DNA from: a virus
Reading direction: 5' to 3' (one strand)
Length of the DNA stretch: 55,714 bases
Virus record (IMG/VR): IMGVR_UViG_3300006169_000022
Span: 1 to 55,714 of that record
Shown: positions 32,747-40,423 of the stretch, piece after piece
How the letters are laid out: each line of letters opens with the position of its first letter
Position numbering within the stretch: position 1 is the first letter of the stretch
Made by a program: the position numbers and the translations under genes
The notes under the pieces: generated by a model
What the model saw: the letters and a program-made list of their open reading frames with translations, nothing else
Database searches by the model: none
What the model was told of the DNA's origin: nothing

Positions 32747-32803
32747 CAAGATGGAATCCACCCCCACTCCCATATTCCTAATCAACTGCAGAGAGGAGGA
32801 ACT

Positions 32804-33085
32804 ATGAGCGAGAACCAGAGCGAGCGCGAGGTTTGGGACACCGGTGAGCCGGAGGCCCGAAGCCACGAGCAGTACCGTGCACCGGAGCAGGAGGAGGTCC
32901 AGCCCACTGAGGTGGGTCCGGGCAACCCCCCACTGGTCTCGGAGGAGGAGCCCGACAAGTCGGACGACTCTTCGGAGACCCCTGCCGCCAGTGACGCGGA
33001 CAATTCGCAGGACGCCACCAGCGACCAGGTCGCCGGCGAGGAGCCTTCGGGCTCCGACTCTTCGGAGGACAGCTCCCCGAGCTGA
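32804..33085 (+). CDS. Highly acidic, low-complexity protein, 93 aa
   Basis: GAGAGGAGGA RBS. 27 Asp/Glu versus 4 Arg/Lys (counted by eye), Ser/Pro-rich. Confidence 0.6.
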   Translation: MSENQSEREVWDTGEPEARSHEQYRAPEQEEVQPTEVGPGNPPLVSEEEPDKSDDSSETPAASDADNSQDATSDQVAGEEPSGSDSSEDSSPS

Positions 33086-33097
33086 CGTCTGAGGGTG

Positions 33098-33129
33098 GGG
33101 GAAGGGGGAATCTCACGACCCTCTTCCCC
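33098..33129 (+). terminator. GC-rich hairpin after the acidic-protein gene
   Basis: ggggaaggggg-aatctcacga-ccctcttcccc (11-bp stem including one G-U pair); no T-run. Confidence 0.45.
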
Positions 33130-33481
33130 TGCTCTGAGGCGGTTCATATCCTGGGGTGGAACCCGGGATCGCCTCTGTCTGGGGAACAATGAGTACCCAG
33201 GCAAACAACACACTACGAACCCGTAGTTGGTGCTGTTTGTGCTTCATGACAATTGGTGAACAAGAGAGCAAAGCTTCCCCGCTTTAGCCTGGGTGTATTC
33301 CCAGACTTCGCTCTCTTCAGCTTGAAGGTTGGACACGGGTCGTAGACTCCGCTAATCAGGTCGCAGAGCGTAAAAGGGAGAAGCCAGACCTGAGCCTCCC
33401 GTGTCCTTCCTTGAGGTATATCCTCACCAGACCTCTCCTGCCCTCGGGGACCCGAGACCCTGGGGGTGGGAGAGCTTCAAC

Positions 33482-33535
33482 TCGCAAGTTGTACATGCCC
33501 TTTAATGAGACCCCAACTACGAAAAGGAAACCACC
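33482..33535 (+). promoter_or_regulatory. Promoter/leader module, copy 8
   Basis: tcgcaa-gttgtacatgccctt-taatgagaccccaactacgaaaaggaaaccacc-ATG. Shares 27 identical nt from TAATGA onward with copy 7. Confidence 0.6.
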
Positions 33536-33805
33536 ATGTACAACATCAAGACCGTCGCCACCGCCGCTGCCGCTGTCGTTGCTGTTGCCGGTGCAACCGT
33601 CTACACCATCAACCACCGCCGCGAAAGCGCGAAGACCGATGTCGAGAAAGCTGTCGAAAGCTTCTACTCGGCTGAGTTCCTCGCCTTCAACGCGGCCCAG
33701 GATGAGGTGTCCAGGCGGATGCTCGCCGGCTACTACGACGACAAGCCCGACAGCGACTACCTCGACGACACGATCGTCCTGTACGTCAACTTCCTCAAGA
33801 AGTAA
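33536..33805 (+). CDS. Small membrane-anchored protein, 89 aa
   Basis: Start set by module copy 8; VATAAAAVVAVAGATVYTI hydrophobic segment; terminator downstream. Confidence 0.6.
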   Translation: MYNIKTVATAAAAVVAVAGATVYTINHRRESAKTDVEKAVESFYSAEFLAFNAAQDEVSRRMLAGYYDDKPDSDYLDDTIVLYVNFLKK

Positions 33806-33812
33806 GACCTCC

Positions 33813-33847
33813 AACCGAGAGCCCCGTAACACGGGCTCAAGGTTTTC
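33813..33847 (+). terminator. Terminator hairpin (GAGCCC family)
   Basis: aaccgagagccccgtaacacgggctcaaggtttt. Confidence 0.6.
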
Positions 33848-33924
33848 TCGAAGGGGCCCTAGCGCTACTCGCGCAGTATCGCTCAGGTATAAAAGACAGC
33901 TTCCCCACCCTCTTGCGCCCTGAC

Positions 33925-33976
33925 TCGCAAGTCATACATGGCCTTTAGTGAGACCCCATCTATGAAAGGAACCACA
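33925..33976 (+). promoter_or_regulatory. Promoter/leader module, copy 9
   Basis: tcgcaa-gtcatacatggcctt-tagtgagaccccatctatgaaaggaaccaca-ATG. Confidence 0.6.
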
Positions 33977-34159
33977 ATGAAGACCATCGCCAAGAACACC
34001 CTTGCCAACGTGCTGTTCGTTGTCATCCTGCTTTGCCTCGCGGCGGGCCTGCTCCTCATCGGAGTGGAGCCCTTCGTGACCGCACTGCTGGTTGCCATCG
34101 CAGCCGTCGCCATCAAGTTCGACGACCACCGCATCCGTCGCGCCCGTCAGAAGATCTGA
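33977..34159 (+). CDS. Small two-TM membrane protein, 60 aa
   Basis: Start set by module copy 9. The track start (33938) is the non-conserved ATG inside the module. Confidence 0.6.
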   Translation: MKTIAKNTLANVLFVVILLCLAAGLLLIGVEPFVTALLVAIAAVAIKFDDHRIRRARQKI

Positions 34160-34163
34160 TCTC

Positions 34164-34199
34164 AAGCCTTGAGCCCCGTAACACGGGCTCACGGTTTTC
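34164..34199 (+). terminator. Terminator hairpin (GAGCCC family)
   Basis: aagccttgagccccgtaacacgggctcacggttttc. Confidence 0.6.
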
Positions 34200-34233
34200 T
34201 TCACCCAACCAATTGTTCCTGAAAGGACACGTC

Positions 34234-34542
34234 ATGAAGCAGCGAGAGCGAATCACCCTCGAGGTCGAGATCGACCTGGACCCCATGCCGGGCAACATGC
34301 ACACGCCCGAGAGCGCCGAGCGCGCGATCTACGGCCTTCTCCACATGCGAGCAGGTCACTACAACCCCGAGGTTCGAGTCGCCCGACGAGAGCCGCAGGA
34401 GGATCTGAGCTTCCTGGATCCCGAGCAGAGGATCAACCACCTGGCGATGAAGATGGCCATGGAGCACTACCCCGCGGCCGACCGGTTCGCTCTGGCCCGC
34501 TACGCTCGGCACATGGCCGACGGCATCAAGCGAGGCTTCTGA
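34234..34542 (+). CDS. Hypothetical protein, 102 aa
   Basis: ATG lies 6 nt after GAAAGGA; C-terminal part of track ORF 34033..34542. Confidence 0.55.
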   Translation: MKQRERITLEVEIDLDPMPGNMHTPESAERAIYGLLHMRAGHYNPEVRVARREPQEDLSFLDPEQRINHLAMKMAMEHYPAADRFALARYARHMADGIKRGF

Positions 34543-34820
34543 TGGCTGAGCCGGCGATCTGGAAGTTCTGCCACACCTGTCGGGACTACGCCGAGAAGAG
34601 GCGAGAGGCTATTGCACTTCCGCTGGCCGCCAGGGCCAAGCAGCAGGGCCGACACATCACAGTCGTGGTTGACGAGTACATGATGCAGGCTCACGCCAGG
34701 CACATGATCACTGGCCAGCCGCTTCTCCCGGGTGGGCCCACTGGGCTCATCAATCCAGCAACCCGCCGTCTCGTAGCGACGATGGCAGCTCTTCGTGAGC
34801 GCGATCAGAGAGAGAGCTGA
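34542..34820 (+). CDS. Hypothetical protein, 92 aa
   Basis: TGATG overlap. Confidence 0.55.
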   Translation: MAEPAIWKFCHTCRDYAEKRREAIALPLAARAKQQGRHITVVVDEYMMQAHARHMITGQPLLPGGPTGLINPATRRLVATMAALRERDQRES

Positions 34821-35089
34821 TGTTCGAGGCAACAAAGAACCTTCCCCCGCAGACCAAGATCAACATCCTCAAGGGGGTCGTTGTTGGTCAGTCGCTGTAC
34901 TACACCACCCTGATGTTCCTGCAGTACAAGCAGATCAAGGGGATGGCGAAGGACTACTGGCGGCTGAACCAGCAGTACGAGATCTTGGCGAAGTACACCA
35001 ACTGGGAGGACCCACAGGTTCGCCATGAAATCGAGACTCTCCTGGCGTTCCGTGAGATGACGGATCCTCAGGAGGAAGACAAGGAGTAA
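34820..35089 (+). CDS. Hypothetical protein, 89 aa
   Basis: TGATG overlap. Confidence 0.55.
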   Translation: MFEATKNLPPQTKINILKGVVVGQSLYYTTLMFLQYKQIKGMAKDYWRLNQQYEILAKYTNWEDPQVRHEIETLLAFREMTDPQEEDKE

Positions 35090-35100
35090 AGCTGCTGAGA

Positions 35101-35131
35101 GTGAGGGGGGGCTACACGCCCTCTCACTTTT
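35101..35131 (+). terminator. Intrinsic terminator
   Basis: gtgaggggggg-ctaca-cgccctctcac followed by TTTT. Confidence 0.7.
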
Positions 35132-35158
35132 AGCGACTAAATACCATAAGGAGGTGTC

Positions 35159-35521
35159 ATGTTTGACTGGAATGAGAACGACCTACAGCGTGGTAAGCCA
35201 GCACTCATGGACACACCAACGCTGATCGAGTGGATCCAACGGCAACTGGAGACGGTAGAGGAAACAGAAGCGCGCATTCACGAACTTCGAGCTCAGGATA
35301 TTGGGTCTCGAGTGATCATCAGTGGAGCAATCACTGCGAATGAGGTGCGCAACCTTAAAGCGGAGTGGGTCGAGAGCGCCATGACTGGAAAGCCGATGGT
35401 TCTTCCAGACGACGTCGAGGTCACCTCTGTCTACGCCGACAACATCCGATACATGGATCTGGTGGAGGCCCGTTACACAAACGCACTGAGCTCTATGAGG
35501 CGCTATGTTGACGGGAGCTAA
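35159..35521 (+). CDS. Hypothetical protein, 120 aa
   Basis: AAGGAGG RBS 5 nt upstream. Confidence 0.6.
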   Translation: MFDWNENDLQRGKPALMDTPTLIEWIQRQLETVEETEARIHELRAQDIGSRVIISGAITANEVRNLKAEWVESAMTGKPMVLPDDVEVTSVYADNIRYMDLVEARYTNALSSMRRYVDGS

Positions 35522-35663
35522 AGTCCTCTGGATCCACTGGAAGCACTTTCTCGACGGCTTCCCCATCTGCTGGCCCAACGGTCAGACAGGTCCGTTCGAG
35601 GGAACACGAAACGAAGCAGAAGTCACATGCCCTGAGTGCATCAAATTTTTGGAGGAATCATGA
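35505..35663 (+). CDS. Small Cys-containing (zinc-ribbon-like) protein, 52 aa
   Basis: Not in the track. It fills the 35522-35659 gap. ...PICWPNG...TCPEC...; its TGA overlaps the next ATG (ATGA). Confidence 0.4.
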   Translation: MLTGAKVLWIHWKHFLDGFPICWPNGQTGPFEGTRNEAEVTCPECIKFLEES

Positions 35664-36028
35664 GGAAAGTTATCTGCGTCGAGGGCAAGGAGTTCCAGGG
35701 GCGCAAGACCATCATCGTGCCGGGGGCCATCTACATGGAGGACGACGACCGAGTTCCGATTACCACCGGAGCGGGACACGACAGGATCATCGGATACGCC
35801 AAGAACCTTCAGCGCGACATCAGCACTGGAGAGGTGTCGATGGACTTGTTCATCAACCCCCAGTTCCACGTCAACCTGGACGAGTTCGAGGCAACCGTAT
35901 CCCTCCATCCATTCATGGCTGCGAAGGGTAAGGACGACGAAGAGCTCACACTCATCAATGCCGGCCGCCTTCGGGAGGTCTTTCTCACTTGGGATCGCCC
36001 ACCCGCGGTCCCGGAAGGAACGACATGA
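35660..36028 (+). CDS. Hypothetical protein, 122 aa
   Basis: ATG lies 4 nt after GGAGG. Confidence 0.55.
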   Translation: MRKVICVEGKEFQGRKTIIVPGAIYMEDDDRVPITTGAGHDRIIGYAKNLQRDISTGEVSMDLFINPQFHVNLDEFEATVSLHPFMAAKGKDDEELTLINAGRLREVFLTWDRPPAVPEGTT

Positions 36029-36282
36029 GCTACCACACCAATCAGACCCTGTACGACGAAGTCAACAGGACTCTGATCGAGATCGATATGCAGATCAAGC
36101 ACATCAAGAACGACATCGCGCGGGAGTATCCGGAGGAGCAGCGTGACAAGATCAACGTCTGGTACTGGACCCGCAACGTCGACGGCAGCTACGTGCTGGC
36201 TGATCTGCTTGTTGCTCGGGCTCAGTGCATCACGGCCATGGCGACACTTCAGGCCAATCGTGCCCGCATCCGAAATGGGTGA
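36025..36282 (+). CDS. Hypothetical protein, 85 aa
   Basis: ATGA overlap; GGAAGGA RBS. Confidence 0.55.
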   Translation: MSYHTNQTLYDEVNRTLIEIDMQIKHIKNDIAREYPEEQRDKINVWYWTRNVDGSYVLADLLVARAQCITAMATLQANRARIRNG

Positions 36283-36505
36283 GATGATCCGGCTGACCAA
36301 GGAGTTCGAGGTCGGCACGGACCAGATGCGGGAAGGCGACATGCGCGAGATCGCTCGGCAGAAGATCGCCGAGTGGACTCAGGAGCTCTACTCACAGGGC
36401 TACACCAAGATCGAGCAGGGCATTGACCTCGAGATCAAGACGCCGAAGGACTTCGATCCGAGGTACGTCATATTCGAAGCAACACTCACTGCAAGCAAGG
36501 AGTAA
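36275..36505 (+). CDS. Hypothetical protein, 76 aa (start 36275 or 36284)
   Basis: C-terminal part of track ORF 36143..36505; two candidate ATGs around the upstream stop. Confidence 0.5.
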   Translation: MGEMIRLTKEFEVGTDQMREGDMREIARQKIAEWTQELYSQGYTKIEQGIDLEIKTPKDFDPRYVIFEATLTASKE

Positions 36506-36510
36506 ATCAG

Positions 36511-36675
36511 ATGGGTAAGCGTAGGTGGGTCAACCGCCCACAGAAGAGGTCGCTTCCGGGTCCGCACTCGGATGCAGCACACAAAGCCATCACAGCAGAG
36601 CTGATTCGCCTGTCTTTGGGTGGTCGCCCGCACCGCCCGGAGCTTCACCAAAACCGGAGGTGGAAGCAGGTATGA
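36511..36675 (+). CDS. Small basic protein, 54 aa
   Basis: Not in the track. ATG lies 8 nt after AAGGAG; its TGA overlaps the next ATG (ATGA). Confidence 0.4.
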   Translation: MGKRRWVNRPQKRSLPGPHSDAAHKAITAELIRLSLGGRPHRPELHQNRRWKQV

Positions 36676-36845
36676 AGCGCTATCTGTTCGGCGAGCGATT
36701 CAACATGGTGGATGTCATCGGCGTCCTGTTTCTCGCAGATGCAATCGACAACTTCAAGGACGGTGACGCACAGATGATGTTCGTTACCGCTCTCATGTCG
36801 CTGGTCTGTCTTCTGCTCAGCGTGCACTTCGGGAGGGAGGCGTGA
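36672..36845 (+). CDS. Small membrane protein, 57 aa
   Basis: C-terminal part of track ORF 36525..36845; two hydrophobic segments. Confidence 0.45.
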   Translation: MKRYLFGERFNMVDVIGVLFLADAIDNFKDGDAQMMFVTALMSLVCLLLSVHFGREA

Positions 36846-37297
36846 GACTCAAGTTCATCCTCCCAGGATGCGAGAAGCAGGATGCAGACGGTCTTCCGAT
36901 CAAGTACCACGGCAAGGAGATCGGCCAGATTCTGGATGTCGAGGAGACGGGTGAAGGTCTGATTGTAACAGGGGAGATCTTCGACCTGGGCCCCGACTTC
37001 GAGGGCCTGTTCAAGCCGCCACTGGACGTGTTCAGTCTCGGTCCGCTCTTCTCGCTTCCGGAGCCAACCAAGTCGATCACAGAAGCCCTGGAGAAGGGTG
37101 TCGACCCCTTCCCGTCTGATCATGGTCTGATGCCGGCTTACGCAAAGGCAGACGTCAAGGCGACCATGTCTCTCTACGGAATCGAGCACAAGGAGAAGAA
37201 GATGGGATCAGCCAAGTGGGTGCTCTACGGGATCGTGGCCTTCATGGCCATATTCATCGTGGGGCTCGCTGTCTATCTCGGCTTTGTTCGTGGGTAG
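36842..37297 (+). CDS. Protein with C-terminal TM anchor, 151 aa, GTG start
   Basis: GTGA overlap; WVLYGIVAFMAIFIVGLAVYLGF anchor. Confidence 0.55.
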   Translation: MRLKFILPGCEKQDADGLPIKYHGKEIGQILDVEETGEGLIVTGEIFDLGPDFEGLFKPPLDVFSLGPLFSLPEPTKSITEALEKGVDPFPSDHGLMPAYAKADVKATMSLYGIEHKEKKMGSAKWVLYGIVAFMAIFIVGLAVYLGFVRG

Positions 37298-37652
37298 ATT
37301 CAAACTCACAAAGGAACAGGAGAGGCGTCTCGTCGTTGACTATAGCGACGGGATTGCCTCTCCTCGGCTAGTCGAGAAGTATGGGGTGAGCGAGTCGACA
37401 GTGTGGCGCATATTGGCGGATCATGGGGTCCCAAAGCGTCACGGTGTAAGGACGAAACGCAAGCCTCTACGCAAGAGATCAACCAAGAAACTCAAGCCCT
37501 GCGGAACCAATGCTGCGTACGCGCGTCATATTCGACGGAAGGAACTTCCCTGCCTTCCGTGTTCTGATGCTCATGCGCGAGAACAGAAAGGATGGAGTGA
37601 TGGACGGAGAGATCCAAAAGCTCCCAGAACATCTGCAGCCGAACAAGCTTGA
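37284..37652 (+). CDS. HTH DNA-binding protein with CGT..Y..H....C..C motif, ~122 aa (TTG 37284 or GTG 37290 start)
   Basis: LVEKYGVSESTVWRILADHGV helix-turn-helix; KPCGTNAAYARHIRRKELPCLPC motif common in actinophage DNA-binding proteins. Confidence 0.5.
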   Translation: MFVGRFKLTKEQERRLVVDYSDGIASPRLVEKYGVSESTVWRILADHGVPKRHGVRTKRKPLRKRSTKKLKPCGTNAAYARHIRRKELPCLPCSDAHAREQKGWSDGRRDPKAPRTSAAEQA

Positions 37653-38016
37653 TCGGGGGATCATGATCCATCAGGCGAAGATCCACTCGATCTCGCTTGA
37701 CCCGCAACCCAACGCATTTGGCTACGGGATCACCGTGCTGAGCCGGCCCGGCCAGGAGCTGGATACGAGGTGGGAGAACATCTACGCCTACATCGGCCCG
37801 AGTCAATGTCACGACATCGTGGCGCCGAAGGAGAAGCCGGGATATTTCGATGTCTTTCTCGAGATCGAGTATTCCGACGCCATCTTCAACTTCCACCGTC
37901 TCCTCACCATGGAGCAGGTGGAGCGAGACCCCGACCTGCCCTACCGGACGCTCGACCGTGCTGTCAAGAACATGGACGAGTGGCTGGACGAAGACGACGC
38001 GGAGGAGCGTGACTGA
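37600..38016 (+). CDS. Hypothetical protein, 138 aa (start uncertain)
   Basis: Internal ATG after AAAGGA. The full track ORF (37510) would overlap the HTH gene by 143 nt. Confidence 0.45.
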   Translation: MDGEIQKLPEHLQPNKLDRGIMIHQAKIHSISLDPQPNAFGYGITVLSRPGQELDTRWENIYAYIGPSQCHDIVAPKEKPGYFDVFLEIEYSDAIFNFHRLLTMEQVERDPDLPYRTLDRAVKNMDEWLDEDDAEERD

Positions 38017-38210
38017 TGGATGAAGAGAAGAAGCCCGACGTTGAGCTCGCAGAGCACTTCGAGAAGGAGACCTGTCTCTACCAGTTCGAGCAGCTTCGGC
38101 TCAGGGAGTCATCCCTTACCAAGCCGGAGCGAGGACTGATGGAGCACCTGCGGTGGCACATCGTCGAAGGCGATATTCGTTGCAACTGCTGGAAGCCACC
38201 CAATGGCTGA
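38016..38210 (+). CDS. Hypothetical protein, 64 aa
   Basis: TGATG overlap. Confidence 0.5.
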   Translation: MDEEKKPDVELAEHFEKETCLYQFEQLRLRESSLTKPERGLMEHLRWHIVEGDIRCNCWKPPNG

Positions 38211-38340
38211 GCGAGACGAGATCTGGCTGTCCAACATGAGGAAGTTCCTCGAGGAAGCCGGACACACGCCTGAGTTCATCGAAAGGAAGATGGCTGAGTA
38301 TGAAGGCAACTCTGAAGCCGCATCAGAGGAAAGCGGTTGA
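38203..38340 (+). CDS. Small acidic protein, 45 aa
   Basis: Not in the track. The ATG overlaps the end of the upstream gene; the ORF overlaps the helicase start by 41 nt. Confidence 0.3.
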   Translation: MAERDEIWLSNMRKFLEEAGHTPEFIERKMAEYEGNSEAASEESG

Positions 38341-39682
38341 GGAGCTCGCTAACGGAAAGATTCTGCACGGAGGGACGGGAGTAGGCAAGGGCATCACCGC
38401 TCTTGCCTACTTCTACGAGAAAGTGTGCGGGGGTGACCTCGCGCATATTCCGAGCATGAAGAAGCCGAGAGACCTCTACATCCTCACAACCAAGAAGAAG
38501 CGCGACGAGAAGGACTGGGAGGCTGACGCTGTGAAGCTCGGCCTCGGCACCCACGACGACAGTCTGGACGGCATCAAGGTAACCGTCGACACGTGGAACA
38601 ACATCAAGAAGTACGCAGGAGTCAAGGATGCCTTCTTCATATTTGATGAACAACGAGTTGTGGGTAGTGGAGCCTGGAGCCGTACGTTCATCTCGCTTGC
38701 CAAGCATAACCAGTGGCTTCTCCTCAGTGCCACGCCGGGCGATACGTGGCTTGACTACATCCCGGTATTCGTTGCCAATGGTTGGTATAAGAATCGCACT
38801 GAATTCAAGCAGCGCCATGTTGTATATAACACTTTCAGTAAGTTCCCGAAAGTCGATCGATACATCGAAACTGGCACGCTTGTGCGTCACCGGAACAATG
38901 TACTCGTCCACATGCCGTACGAACGACACACCAAGCGGATCCTCCACACCCGCATCGTCCAGTACGACACCGAGCTCTTCGAGCTAGTAAAGGAGAAGAG
39001 ATGGCATCCGTACGAGGAGAGGCCGATTCGGGACGTAGCCGAGCTGTTCGCTGTGATGAGGAAGGTTGTCAATTCAGACGAGTCGAGGCTGGACTCTGTC
39101 CGGATGCTCATGCAGGAACACCCGAGACTGATTGTCTTCTACAACTTCAACTACGAGCTCGAGATGCTCAGGAAGCTCGGCTCTTCCTCGTCAAAGAGCG
39201 ATCCGTGGTCGGGGACGATATTCGAGCAGAACTACCCGTTCGAGAGTCCCGCATCAACGATCACGATGACCAAGGCGAAGTACGAGTTCGAAAAGGCGCA
39301 AAGAAGCTCGAGTGCTTCTGTGTCGGCGGGCCCCACGGCGGATACACCTGCGACAATTGTCGCTGAATGGAACGGGCATAAGCACGATCCTGTACCCGAT
39401 TCGGATCGCTGGGTCTACCTTGTGCAGTACACCGCGGGGTCTGAAGGGTGGAATTGCATAGATACGGACGCCACCTGCTTCTACAGCCTGACATATTCGT
39501 ACAAGCATTGGCACCAGGCGCATGGCCGAATCGACCGGATGAACACCCGGTTTACGGATCTGCACTACTACAAGCTGATGAGCAACTCCTTCATCGATCA
39601 GGCCGTTTGGAGGTCTTTGAAGGTCAAAAGGAGCTTCAACGAGTCCTCGCAGGGCCTCTGGGTGCCTGAAATGGCCGCTTAG
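38300..39682 (+). CDS. SF2 (SNF2/DEAD-like) DNA helicase, 460 aa
   Basis: LKPHQRKAVEEL...GGTGVGKGITAL (motifs Q/I), IFDEQR (motif II, DExx), LLLSATPG (motif III), and a C-terminal helicase domain ending QAHGRIDR (motif VI-like). Confidence 0.7.
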   Translation: MKATLKPHQRKAVEELANGKILHGGTGVGKGITALAYFYEKVCGGDLAHIPSMKKPRDLYILTTKKKRDEKDWEADAVKLGLGTHDDSLDGIKVTVDTWNNIKKYAGVKDAFFIFDEQRVVGSGAWSRTFISLAKHNQWLLLSATPGDTWLDYIPVFVANGWYKNRTEFKQRHVVYNTFSKFPKVDRYIETGTLVRHRNNVLVHMPYERHTKRILHTRIVQYDTELFELVKEKRWHPYEERPIRDVAELFAVMRKVVNSDESRLDSVRMLMQEHPRLIVFYNFNYELEMLRKLGSSSSKSDPWSGTIFEQNYPFESPASTITMTKAKYEFEKAQRSSSASVSAGPTADTPATIVAEWNGHKHDPVPDSDRWVYLVQYTAGSEGWNCIDTDATCFYSLTYSYKHWHQAHGRIDRMNTRFTDLHYYKLMSNSFIDQAVWRSLKVKRSFNESSQGLWVPEMAA

Positions 39683-39701
39683 AGGCCCTGTATGGGCTGT
39701 T

Positions 39702-39730
39702 TTGCCAAAACTGAAGCTCTAAACTACTTT
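39702..39730 (+). promoter_or_regulatory. Sigma-A/sigma70-like promoter candidate
   Basis: TTGCCA (39702-07), a 17-nt spacer, then TACTTT (39725-30), in the gap after the helicase gene. Confidence 0.35.
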
Positions 39731-39745
39731 CACGCGACCTAATTT

Positions 39746-39759
39746 AATACCATGGTATT
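39746..39759. promoter_or_regulatory. Perfect 14-bp palindrome (operator-like)
   Basis: AATACCATGGTATT, about 15 nt downstream of the candidate -10. The half-site AATACCAT recurs at 16410 and 35140. Confidence 0.4.
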
Positions 39760-39828
39760 TAGTTAGGTGTAGTAAGAGTAGTTTCCCCGCGAAATCTTGG
39801 CAAACCAAAAACCAACCCTCAGGAAGGG

Positions 39829-40344
39829 GTGAGAAAGACAGTGAGAGTCCAGTGGCATGAGCTCGAGGACTTCCCCGACTATGCCGTCAGTGACGAGGGC
39901 GATATTACCAACATCAAGACCGGTCTCCCTCGAAAGCTGTCCATCAACCAGCAGGGAGTTGCGAAGATCTCCCTGTACAACCGTCGAGGTCAGCTGATCA
40001 CACGTTCGGTTGCTCGACTGGTGGCAGAAGCGTTCGTACCCAGTCCAGACCCGGAGACATTCGACACACCTATCCACATGGATGGCGAGCAGCTCAACTG
40101 TCGTGCCGACAATCTGGTCTGGCGTCCCCGATGGTTCGCCATCAAGTTCCACAAACAGTTTCGCTACCCTGAGTTCCATATAGCTCGAGGTACGTTCATC
40201 GACATCGACAGTGAGGAGGTGTATGACAGCATCAAGGACATCTGCGTCCGCAACGGTCTGTACTGGCAAGACGTAGTGAAGTCCGTGACGGAGGAGACAT
40301 TCGTCTTCCCGACATGGCAGAATTTCCGACTCTTCGAGCAGTGA
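39829..40344 (+). CDS. HNH homing-endonuclease-like protein (NUMOD4 + HNH_3 type), ~171 aa (GTG 39829 or 39841)
   Basis: WHELEDFPDYAVSDEGDI (NUMOD4-like W..i..f..Y.VS..G) and RLVAEAF...HMDGEQLNCRADNLVW (HNH_3-like H..g...Nn...NL.W). Confidence 0.6.
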   Translation: MRKTVRVQWHELEDFPDYAVSDEGDITNIKTGLPRKLSINQQGVAKISLYNRRGQLITRSVARLVAEAFVPSPDPETFDTPIHMDGEQLNCRADNLVWRPRWFAIKFHKQFRYPEFHIARGTFIDIDSEEVYDSIKDICVRNGLYWQDVVKSVTEETFVFPTWQNFRLFEQ

Positions 40345-40387
40345 TGTGGTATTATCACGCGTCATATTCGCGCCTTATAATAGAAGG

Positions 40388-40423
40388 AGTAGGTATAACC
40401 AACCTACTTTCCCTCTCTTTTTT
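40388..40423 (+). terminator. Intrinsic terminator after the HNH gene
   Basis: agtaggt-ataacca-acctact 7-bp stem followed by ttccctctctttttt. Confidence 0.55.

Noticed and set aside
33086-33481. A tRNA or tmRNA in the long non-coding gaps (33086-33481, 20745-20915, 32551-32803).
   Set aside because: I found no GTTCRANYC T-loop with a matching 5-bp stem, no 7-bp acceptor pairing and no cloverleaf spacing. ggcggttcatatcctgg at 33138 fails T-stem pairing.
39683-39700. A terminator directly after the helicase gene (aggccctgtatgggctgtttt).
   Set aside because: Only a 4-bp GC stem can form, which is too weak to call.
40352-40381. TTATCA-N18-TATAAT, a good-looking sigma70-type promoter after the HNH gene.
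   Set aside because: The predicted start site falls exactly at the base of the terminator hairpin (40388-40423), so promoter and terminator readings conflict. I kept only the terminator, though a leader or attenuator arrangement cannot be excluded.
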